A stretch of 64,000 nucleotides of DNA from positions 1 through 64,000 of the forward strand of contig JAPEUD010000038.1 of assembly GCA_026026165.1 (NCBI GenBank), in the 5' to 3' direction. How positions within the stretch are numbered: the first letter of the stretch is position 1; the number at the start of each line of letters is the position of its first letter. The DNA comes from Sarea resinae (taxonomy: Eukaryota). Positions 1 through 10,661 of this stretch are shown here, piece by piece. A program made the position numbers and the translations under genes. The notes under the pieces are model-generated. The model had not been told where the DNA came from, made no database searches, and saw nothing but the letters and a program-made list of their open reading frames with translations.

Positions 1-1632
1 TGTTATTGTCAATTTCAATGACTCTGGAGATCCATATAATCCTATCAACTGGCCTCTTTTTAAGAAGCTTGTCACGAGTGGGCTCTATAGTCTGACAAGT
101 TTAGGATCTGTTTGGGCAAGCACTGCGTAAGAATCCCGCGTCAACTTCAGGATCAGAGTTCCCGAGTAACAATTTGCCAATCGCAGATACTCATCTGCCA
201 ACGATAAGATCTCAGATGAATTCCACGTATCTCCTGAAGTAGCCTTGATAGGAACAAGCCTATTACTTTTAGGGTCAGTGAGTGACGAGTACAAAGCAAC
301 TTCACCTCCACTGACATTTCTTATTCCCTAGCTGGGGCTTTGGTCCTCTACTTTGGGCACCATTGTCAGAGGTCTATGGACGGAAATGGCCTGTCTTGAT
401 ACCTTTCTTTGTATCCATGGCAATGTCTTTTGGGACTGCATCGGCGAAAGATATCCAGACAATCCTGATTACTCGTTTCTTCACAGGTTTCTTCGGCGCT
501 GCGCCGATTACTTGCACGGGAGGAGTTTTCGTCGACATCTGGGATGCGTCTCAACGGGGCAATGCTATTGTCGGCTACACGCTCGCCGTCTGTGGTGGTC
601 CAGTATGTTTGAGTTAGATCGTTCATTTGAACAAAGAGCAGCATTGACAAGAAAAAAAGGCTCTTGCCCCCGTTGTTGGGGGTGCCATTATTCACGGTGG
701 CGCGAGCTGGAGGTGGACTGAATATGTAAGTTTGACTGTTCTTCGAGGAATCATTCATAAAGATCTGATTGATAATTTTGTTATAGACGACAGGCATTCT
801 GCAAGCCTCGGTGCTGTTCCTCGATCTGATCTTCATCCAAGAATCATATGTACCAGTATTGCTCGTCAACAAGGCACGCAAGCTTCGGAAGACAACTGGA
901 AATTGGGCCTTGCATGCGGAGTGGGAAGAGACTGAAATCTCGATCAAGGATCTCGCCATAAAGTTTGGTCTCCGGCCTCTCCAGATGTTGATGACGCCAA
1001 TCTGTCTCTCCGTCACGATCTACGCTTCATTCATTTACGGGGTTTTCTACGCCAGTCTCGCCTCGTTCCCTATCATTTTCCAAGAATCTCGAGGTTGGAA
1101 TGAACTTGTCGGGTCGCTTCCATTTCTTGCTGTGTTGCTAGGCATTATACTGGGCGCGGCACTCAGTGTCTTGAACCAAAGGTATTATAACACCGCATAC
1201 AAAGCCAACGCTTATAAGGCTGTACCCGAGGCTCGATTGCCACCAATGATGGTAGCATCGGTTATACTCGCTGGTAGCCTCTTCATCATCGGTTGGACAT
1301 CTTCTCCACATATTTCCTGGATAGCTACCATTATAGGAGTTTGTATGATGGGCTTTGGATACTACACAATTTTCACAAGCGCTCTGAATTATCTTATTGA
1401 TACATTTCAGCGATGGGGTGCCAGTGCTATTGCGGCCAATACATTTGTTCGAAGCGTGCTAGCTGCTATGTTCCCACTCGTCGTTCCACCTATGTACCAT
1501 CGTCTTGGAAATGGCTGGGCATTCAGTGTATTCGCCATTTTTGCAGTACTGAATATCCCAATACCGTTTGTTTTTTGGTTTTATGGCCCGAAGATCAGAG
1601 CAATGGGCAAGTACAGTTCTAATCTAGGGTAG
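1..1632 (+). CDS. MFS drug:H+ antiporter (DHA1 family), 5' end outside the window, multi-exon
   Basis: Spliced reading gives DPYNPINWP, GPLLWAPLSEVYGRK (motif A), ILITRFFTGFFGAAP, WRWTEY, PEARLPPMM and SAIAANTFVRS. GT-AG introns at about 127-186, 274-330, 604-659 and 726-787. Stop at 1632. Confidence 0.9.
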
Positions 1633-1745
1633 TATTTAACGTATTAGATGATGGAATAGCTAGCTGCAGAAGGCCATTCTAGAGTATCTTCCAATAATAA
1701 TAAAAACAATCAATCATTGTAATCTACTAGAACATTCTTTCATAT

Positions 1746-1864
1746 TGTGAGAAGCGCTGCGCTATATACCCGATAAGCAAATAGGCATAACCCGGACGAT
1801 CCGGGTTATAGTAGCCTTTTTAGCGCATATAGGAACAATTTTTGCCTATTTACTAGACCTTACA
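1746..1864 (+). mobile_element. ~119-bp TG...CA dispersed repeat (solo-LTR-like), copy 1
   Basis: Starts TGTGAG and ends CTTACA. Aligns by eye with 52970-53087 and with the reverse complement of 53355-53470 (shared GCAAATAGGCATA, ATAGTAGYCTTTTTAG, TAGGAACA, TTTGCCWATTTMCTAG). Confidence 0.7.
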
Positions 1865-2148
1865 AAAATCAACCAATCCTTATACACAGTAGATCTCAAG
1901 GACCTAAAAACTTATTTGAAAATATCTCTTATTCTTCTCTCTACTCCGATTTACTGTAGTCATATAACTACTAACTAAACGGTAGTTGTAAATTCAACGG
2001 TACCGTTACTTTTTCGTTTCGCCCAATACATGCCTAGCTTCCTGCAAGAAAGCCAAGGAAGCCACCTGACAAAAAGGACAGACCCATAGACGCCCTATAA
2101 GTACCGTGAAGGCATAGCCGCTCCCTAGCGCCAGAGTCTTTTAAAGTT

Positions 2149-3475
2149 TCAGGACTCTTCAACCTCTCCCTCTTCACTGAGTTCGTCCTCCTTGGACCCC
2201 GGAGTAAGATAGTGATTATCTTGAGTGGACCCACTTGTCCGGCCATTCGCCAGCTCATGGCCACCCCCATTAGCATCCAGTCGCTGTCTCTTTGCAGCCG
2301 ACTCCCCACCCCCACCATTTGTAGCATGATGAGAAGGTCTATCATCGATCCCGTTATATTCGCGTCCATCGGTGCCATTCCCTGCTTGGAGGACACTCTC
2401 ATCCCTGGAATGTTTTCCAAGCGTCTGGCCTCCACTCGAGACCGGAGCTGTCTGCTCAGGAAGGTCCGCGGCCTGTATAGGATCGCTACCAGGAGAAGGG
2501 GGCGTATTGGAGATTCTAGCACGAGTCCTGGCAAACATTTCGTCACCATCCTCTGGTGTTCGGGCATAGATGCTCTCAGCATGACGGAGGGGATTCTTTT
2601 CGTATATCGACGCCATACGATTAGATGCTCGTCGAATATCTACAAGCGCGACCCCAACGACCTTCCACCAAGGTTTCCCATCACGATCTTTGAAGGTAAC
2701 ATTGCAATGTCGGGCGGCACAATACAATGCAGCAGCAGCTATGGTCCTCGATGAGAAGAGTACACAGAGCATTGTGAGGTTGCTATCGCTAATGAAGGTC
2801 CACGCAGCGTGTCTTAATCGTTTGTTGTTCTCCTCGCCAAAGCAGGTCAATAAGTCGAAAAGAATTTTGTATGGAGGCTCCACCGACAGGTCGAAGCAAA
2901 TGGCTTCGAGAAGGATGTCTTCGTTGTGTAAGATTGTGTCGCGCCACCTCCAGTATTCCTTTGACTGCTCGTCTATTATCAAGCTTGGATTCTTCTGCGC
3001 AATTCGACAACATGCGATAACCAGCTCTCTCATTTTCCGGCAATTTTCCTCTACCTTAGATGCGAGGAACAGGGCGGTTGCTGCAATTGTCTGAATGGTC
3101 TCCCTATTAGCACGCTAGATAGTTGCGCAACTTCAGCATCGAACATACGTAATAATGGAGTCCAGGTCTTCCCGGAAGGTCTACCATGGAGTGACGCATG
3201 TAGAACCGGTGCAAGAATACACTGGCTACAGCTAGTGTCATCTGCGGTAACTTCAGCATGACACCGACTTGTGTGATGAAATTAACACCCTTTCCCCGGT
3301 TTTCCTCCTCTTTATCAAGGGACAAGCCATCCAGAGCTGACGGCGTTCGTCTTAAGTCTTCCTCTTCGAATAGCCATTGAGACTCAGCTGCCAATAGCAC
3401 AGAGTTTGGTGAAGCTGGAGGAACCTTGGCCGCAGACTGAACGGAGTGATTGATGGATTTGGGAGTAGGCGGCAT
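2149..3475 (-). CDS. pch1: Transcription-associated cyclin (cyclin T/K, Pch1-like), 2 exons
   Basis: QWLFEEEDLRRTPS, RGKGVNFITQVGVMLKLPQMTLAVASVFLHRFYMRHS, then after an intron (~3092-3150) TIAATALFLASKVEENCRK and EDILLEAICFDL: two cyclin folds plus an acidic tail. Confidence 0.88.
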
Positions 3476-4301
3476 CGGAGCTCTGCTGAGATGTCAAGCT
3501 TGAAGAGATCCTTTGACCCTGAGTCACGATCGGATACACATTGATGTCGGCTTTGCGGAAGAATGTAAGCCTTCGTGTGAAATCGTCAGATCGTTTATGG
3601 TGAGTTCGTTGTGCTCCAAAATCATGTAGACAATCAATAACATCGTTGGATCGCGACCAGTAATATGATTAACATCGATTGAGAATAGTAGCCCCTCGAT
3701 ATCTACGGTACGCCATGTGGCTATTATATGTAAATTTGGTGTATTCGGTAGTAATTGCGCGTTCACACGCGTACAAGGACCACTACCGCGTTGCAGGCAC
3801 TCTCATCGCGAACCTTATAATCACGCATCGTTGAAGTCTCTTTGTGTAACTTTAGAGAGAGTTTTATCTGTTTGAAATCATTGTCTCCACTGTATCATTA
3901 AACTAGCAGTGATGAGTTCATATGGATCTCGGACAATTACTCCGAATACTAATCAGGTACCTTATCTGTGCGCATACCTTTTGAGGTACCACATCACCGT
4001 GGGAGAACATGAACATTCACCCTATCAGGACGACGTGAATGGAAGTTAGGAAGTTCGCGCAATATTATTTTCAGATGCGAGACGCAATAAATAGCTTTTT
4101 AGAGACCTCACCAACTTGGAAGAGATGAGTCATAATTTCATGCCGAGTGGCATGTTAATGCGAATAAGTCATGAGCAACCGTGGAAGCATACATGATAGT
4201 AGCGGGCGAACTTATATCGAGCCCAAATAAGGAGAATGATGCGGTATCCCTCGCCAGATTGCTTCTAACAAATCAGAAAAAACGCCTTGACCAATGCAGT
4301 C

Positions 4302-5923
4302 CTACTCAATTGCGGAGACAACCTGGCTCGAAAACACCGGGTTGATCTGGTCATTCCACTTGAATTGGAATTCAGCGCCCAACTCCTTCTTCATGGCAGT
4401 CTGAACGGCTGCCAGGACGTTCTTAAAGACGCCGAAACTCGCAGGATTCTCCTTATCGTTACCCTCGCCCTGGTAAACTCCGGTCCGGACGAGACAGGTG
4501 TTCCATCCGTACATGTTACCGCCAATTATATCAGACTGCGGGTTATCGCCAATCATGTAGACGTTCGATGGCAACTTCTCTTCGTTACCGATTTCACCCA
4601 TCCAGCTGGTGATGACTGTGATTGTTGATAAGTAAATTTCTGATCGCGAGTGGAGGACCATGACTTACCCTCATCAGCATATTTATAGGTGGCCAGTTCT
4701 GGTTTGCCGTAGACGACACGCTCGAGCTCCTCACCCGTTAACGACTTGTACATTGCTTCTAGAGCGATTCTGAAAGTACCCTGAGACATTCTAGGGATTG
4801 GATGCTCGGTTGGGCATAGCAGATCTCCTTGGGAGAAGTAAATTGGGATACGTTGGGAGATCGGGTCTTTGGCGACGGTGAGTAGTCTACCGTTTTCAGA
4901 CTGGAGAAGATCCATGATAATCTGCAAGTCCGTGGCATAGTCTCGACTATCCGAAAAGACCAGAATGGCGTCAATGTTCATCCTATCAAAGTCCCGTGGT
5001 CGGGCATTCGCCTTCTCTTCGGGGGTGAGCTGCCGGTAAGGGGCAATGGTCTCGTCCCATGCAAGGATGTCATTAGAGGTGACCACGTCACGGAAACCGT
5101 ATCCCTCAGCCACCTCTCGGCAGCTTTCGCCAACGCCTCCGACGACTAGAACGGTGTCATAGTACTCTGAAAGCGCCTGCATAGGCGTGTGGGACTGGAT
5201 GAATTGATCGGTTGAGATGGGCGAATGCAGGATCCTCGAAAGCTGTTGCACGCGAGCAGTCTCCGGCTTCCCGGACCCATTGGTAAGAAAGATGTGTGGG
5301 ATCTTAATGCCCAATTCATTATCGCTGTAGACATATCAATCAGCGATGACTTTTCTATATCAAGTCTTGGTGGAACTATACCCATTGAGGATCTCCAAAA
5401 CACGCTGACCCTCTGGAATGAGCCTGTCACCGTGGACAAGCACACCATCAATATCAAAGACAAAAGCCATGTCCTTGGCAGCCTTGACCTTCTCGCCGGA
5501 CAGATCTTGAATTTGTGCAGCGATGATGTCCCTTGAGGGCTGGATCGGGGGCATTCCTGGTCGGGTGGTCCGGTCCGCCGACACCACGGACGAGAGCCTC
5601 GAGGGTCTCTTTGATCGCGGAATGGGCAGAGAGGCTCCAAACGAGTTGCGAGATCCTCTCCGCTCCCTTTGAGAAGGCGAAATACTCAAGGAATGCATGA
5701 AATGCGCGGCCTCGCTCATCGACGACCTCGTAGCAGGGACCTCAATAGAGTTCGCATGCTGATGAGCATCTCCGGGAATACTGAGGGAGGTCCCATAGCT
5801 TCCGCTGCCAGATTTGACACTGCCGTTGTTGCTGGCATTTGAATTGAGACCTGCATCTTGACGAGCTCTCACTGGCGATTTGGGCGGCTCGACACCAAAA
5901 TCGGAATCTTCAAAGGCAGGCAT
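4302..5923 (-). CDS. cutA: HAD-superfamily class IIA hydrolase (Cut-1/CutA, CECR5-like), 3 exons
   Basis: Motif I FVFDIDGVL, motif II FLTNG, motif III YGKP, motif IV MIGDNPQSDI. Ser/Arg-rich N-terminal extension. Divergent from gldB, as known for Neurospora cut-1 and Fusarium cutA. Confidence 0.85.
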
Positions 5924-8601
5924 AGCTTCAAAACGGAAAAATCGCTTGCTGTAGCGTTAGACAAGCTTGTACAGGAATACGTGATGAAGGTTTTGGGAGC
6001 GAAAAGGGGAGTTTCGCAGAAGGTGCTCTTTGGGTATTTATTCCAGCCGCTACATCTCGTTATTATTAAGGAGATTTTTTCTGTTTGAGATTCGGTATGG
6101 CTATGACGAGCTATACGGAAAGGAGGGCAAGCAAGTGAGGTCAGCGTCTCATGCGGGCTCCGCTTGAGTATCCACCTCCGGCGCATGTCGGTCCTAATCA
6201 TTATCTTCGTCATGTTTGAGATTCTCCAGTCAGTCCTTACCAAGTCAGTCAGCACGTAGGTACTCTACTCTAGAACGAAGATGGGCCAGCTGAAAAGCGG
6301 GACCGTCGGAACGTAGCAATGACGGTATCGCGCGCAAGCTTGACCGACGGTTTGACTCGAACGGGTCTTAGTCTGAGCTCCCAAGGCTGCTCTACAGTTC
6401 AACGGGAGGAGGAGGAGGAGATGGATGGAGGTGGTGGTGGTGGCCTACCTGGGTCGTGTACTCGAGGTACCTCGGACACCCTAAGGAGAGATCTCGGCTA
6501 CGGAGGGAAATAGTCATGTCTTCGTACCTTGAGGCGGCAATCTGAAATTAAAAACCCCCCCCCTTCTCTCTGACATTTCGACGGTTCAATGTTCGCTGTG
6601 ATAATTTGATTGATCGACTTGATTAGGGTGGGATGATGCCTTGGACGATGGCGCATCAAGGCGGGGCCACGAGAGCTGCATGCTGCACGGAAGTGGATAT
6701 GGAGGATGGATTTGATATGGTCGATAAGGCAATGTCACATTGATCATTGAACGTCAAAGTCCGAGAACGGGCAGAGCGGGCAGAACGACGGATTGGCAGA
6801 ATTGGCGGTACGGGCCACAAGGCGGCGCATGGTGATGAAACGCTCAGGGCAACTCCCTCCGGCGGTCAAGAGTAGTGTGTGGGTGGGCGGCTGAGATCCT
6901 ACCTTATTATTCTCGAGTACGTACTCCGGAGTACTGTCCAGCCTGTACGGGCACTGCGTTCTGCAGGGTTCCGGGAACCCAGATACTGCGCAGTAGGTTG
7001 GATGAACGTCTTCGATGTACTATGTACGGGATATGCAGGGCCCAACGAACGACCGAAAAGAAGGCTTGGCGTCTGAAAGTGATCGACCGGCAAAGCGATT
7101 CTGCGAGGAACCTCTGAGGAGCCTGTGAGGGCATTGATTGGCATATGGAGGCGTAGCAGGTGGATAACATTGCGTAGTGGTGGGGAGTCGTGACAAAGTA
7201 GGGTGAAGTACTGGGCTGTATCTCCTGGTGCTGGTTTGGCGGCCAATATGTTGGTAAGAAAGGTACTCTAAAGTACAGGCACACTCTGCCGTCTGACCAT
7301 GTATACCCGAGGGTACCTTGGGCAGCCCCTCCCCACCCGCTGGTCGGTAACGAAGAAGCTTTTCATCGGCCGCACTTTCACTCCAAGCTGTCCGGGTCCC
7401 TCATGTTCACCGAGGATGATCTGGTCCCCTAGAGTACTCGTGCACGCATTGAAGCTTTACTCAACGTGAGCGTTCATTTCCCCAGGCATCTGAGCGGGTG
7501 ACCGTGAGCGCAACTGGCTGAAGAAGGCTTACCTAACGGTATCAAGCATAAGACTAAGCGGTAGTAATGACGGGGAATGGGATAAGAGATGGAACCTGTC
7601 GAGTGCACGATCGCTGAGCCCCGCTGAGTAAGGCCATCAAATAAGGTACATGTAGGCCTCTCCTGGAATCGTATAGTGCCTGAAGATCCTTCCTGGTCAG
7701 CAGAAAGGAGGTTGGTGCAGAGGGCGAAGCCCTAAGGTAAGCTCATCCAGGAGGAGAGATTCGCAGGGACTCGCGGGGACTCGCGGAGACTTACGGAGAC
7801 TTGCAGGCACTTAGTGTCGTCCGTGGGAGGGTTTTGCGCAAGGATTCGTTCCTACCTTAGGTATGTCCGTCTCTAGTGCCTGACGACGTACGACCTGCAA
7901 CTCACGAAAATGGGTCCAGTGCCCCCCCTATGCCCCTCCCTTCTGGATAGTCATACGTCACCTCCATGGATGTCTCGGATTGCCCCTCCTCGGCCGTTCT
8001 CGCTCGCAGTTACTTCTCACCAGTATTCCCGTCTCCAAAGTAGCCTTTGCCCCCCCGCCATTCGTCTCCAATACAAGATACTTACTTGAACGATTCAGGA
8101 GACTCCTTCTCTTAGGAATTTCAACGCAACGACAGATTCCTTTCGAACGTTCGAGCACTCTCTTTCTTGTATGCTTTTCCTATGAGAACCATTTTTTCCA
8201 TTTTTTTCCGATTACGTATTGGCCGGTGGCAGCAAGCAGGTAGGCAAGATACTCTTCATCATTGCGCTATCAGGACCCCGCCACTGCCTCTGCGTAGCTC
8301 CTCATAGGTGGTTTCGGCTTCCAAAATGGGTGAGCCGTGAAAAGGGATTACACGGTACCCGCCAGTAGGTAGGATAGAGGGCGAGAGAGCAGGTACCCAT
8401 ACCGCGTAGGCCATAAGTAGTATTGCGCTCAGACGGCCCAGATTCCTTTAGTTTAAGGGAGTATCATATCATCTATCTCCAGACAAACCACGAGCCCTTT
8501 CATACTTGCCACATCCAAGAAGTATTCATAACCAAGCAATCCCTCTTCTTTTCTCGTTCCCCAACCAAATCCAAGTCTACTCTTCAATATCATTCGCAAC
8601 A
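5924..8601. promoter_or_regulatory. Bidirectional promoter region of cutA and gldB with STRE-like and CRE-like sites
   Basis: Head-to-head genes. CCCCT at 7326, 7426, 7925, 7933 and 7983; ACGTCA at 6751; TACGTCA at 7954. Function is inferred only. Confidence 0.5.
7756..7814. repeat. Degenerate 10-bp tandem repeat, about 6 units
   Basis: gagattcgca gggactcgcg gggactcgcg gagacttacg gagacttgca ggcacttag. Confidence 0.75.
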
Positions 8602-9619
8602 ATGTCATCAGGCAAGACCTTCAAATTGAACAATGGCGTCTCCATCCCCGCCGTCGGATTCGGCACCTTTGCCAACGAGGGGGCCAAAGGCGAGACATAC
8701 AAAGCCGTCACCTGCGCGCTGAAGACGGGCTATAGGCATCTCGACTGCGCCTGGTTCTATCAGAACGAGGAAGAAGTTGGAGACGCAGTGAGGGACTTCC
8801 TCAAGGAGACCCCCAGCGTCAAGCGCTCCGATCTGTTCATTTGCACCAAGGTCTGGAACCACTTGCACGAACCCGAGGAGGTCAAATGGTCGTTCCAAAG
8901 CTCGCTTGACAAATTACATTTGGAATATGTGGATTTGTTCCTGGTCCATTGGCCCATCGCCGCAGAGAAGAACGAGAGCTATATGCCTCTGATTGGCCCT
9001 GATGGCAAGGTGAGTTGGCTATATAGAGCCCCTTTGAAGTCTGTCTCTAATACAGCGATAGTATGTCATCAAGAAAGAATTGACGGAACATCCCGAACCG
9101 ACGTGGCGGGCCATGGAGGAAATATACAACTCGGGCAAGGCCAAGGCGATCGGTGTCTCGAACTGGACGATTGCAGGCTTAGAGAAGCTGCTCAAGTTTG
9201 CCAAAGTCAAGCCCGCAGTTAATCAGATCGAGATCCATCCGTTCCTGCCCAATGATGCGCTCATTCAATACTGCTTCGACCACGACATCTTGCCGGAAGC
9301 CTACTCCCCACTTGGTTCCCAGAATCAAGTGCCACACACAGGCGAGAAAGTCAACACCAATCCTGAACTTATTCGCATTGCCGAGAAGGGCGGACATACG
9401 TTGGCTCAGGTCCTAATCGCATGGGGCATCAAGAGGGGGTACGTCGTTCTACCAAAAAGTTCGACACCTTCAAGAATCCAGAGTAACTTCAACACGATCG
9501 AACTTACGGACGAGGACTTCGCGGCAGTCAATAAGGTCGCCGAGGGACGAAATGTCAGATTTGTCAACATGAAGGATACTTTCGGCTACGACGTCTGGCC
9601 TGAAGAGATCACTGTATAG
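8602..9619 (+). CDS. gldB: NADP+-dependent glycerol dehydrogenase (aldo-keto reductase), 2 exons
   Basis: MSSGKTFKLNNGVSIPAVGFGTFANEGAKGETY, GYRHLDCAWFY, TKVWNHLH, LVHWP, IGVSNW, LPKS and NMKDTFGYDVWPEE match the GldB/Gld2 type. Intron ~9010-9061. Confidence 0.9.
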
Positions 9620-10661
9620 ACATTGGACCCGTGAGCCGAAATCTGACGTTGGCAGGGCTATCGAGAGTCTTGGGGCTGTGGTGGCTTGCTCTGAGATGAC
9701 CGTTGTCGAGGCCTTCGTATAAAAGATGGATATATTTGTGATCGGCACGGTGACGTATCAAGATCGCTTCTCAGCAATTGGGAGTAGACGTGTTTCTGTC
9801 CAACGTTGTTCGACGAAATGAATGTATGCGCAGTACAAAGCACAGACTAGTCGTTTAGCTACACCACTTCCTGTCATTGAATGCCAACCCGTGCTCTTTG
9901 ATTCATCAAACGCTCAATAGTAGCCGATTGAAATTACTTGAGACGAGGTGAGATAAGGTACCTTAGCCAGGATGAAGCATAATAGAGTTCAGTAGCTAAA
10001 TTGGTGCAGCGCAAGTCTGTTACTTCGCTACTATTTACATCCAAGAGTTGGGTGTTATCGAGAGAAACGAAATGGCCCAATCGAGTGAATTCGAGGGGAG
10101 ATCCTCAATATAAGTTCCTATCAACAAGGGACTGTTCAATTCAACCTCCGCAAATGCTTAAATGAAAAACAATTTCAAAAATAACGACAAACGCCGGAAG
10201 GAGTTGCATCAAGCAGGTAAACAACCATGCTCCGTCCGATATGCGAAAGAGATGCCAGCTATCTCAATTAAAATGGGAGTCGTATTGAAAGCGGAATGCA
10301 GCCATCCTGGCCGTATACTGCCACGACGTCACCACTAGCAAACAGACCCGCTGATTCCCGAGGAGGACTGAGGGTTCTCCGTAAGAGCAATGACCTATCA
10401 GTGCAGAACGAGGAGACAGGCCTTAGTAGCATCGCTGGGACTTTATCGCTGGGCCATCCATGATCAAGCAAAAGCGGCATCAGAATGTACAAGGGAAAAA
10501 TGCTCGTTTCGAATCCGTTCCTCCTCCGTCATATGAGTTGGAAGCCTTGATCCACTACAGCTGGTAGCAAGAGTTCAGTCATGAGTCGTGCAATTCATAA
10601 GGAATCAAAGCCTCCTGATTTCGTCGCTGGATCCAAGGGCTTTGAGGAAGGAAAAGACAGT

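Noticed and set aside
366..1016. 216-aa minus-strand ORF
   Set aside because: Antisense to the MFS gene, runs through its introns, and shows no recognisable motifs.
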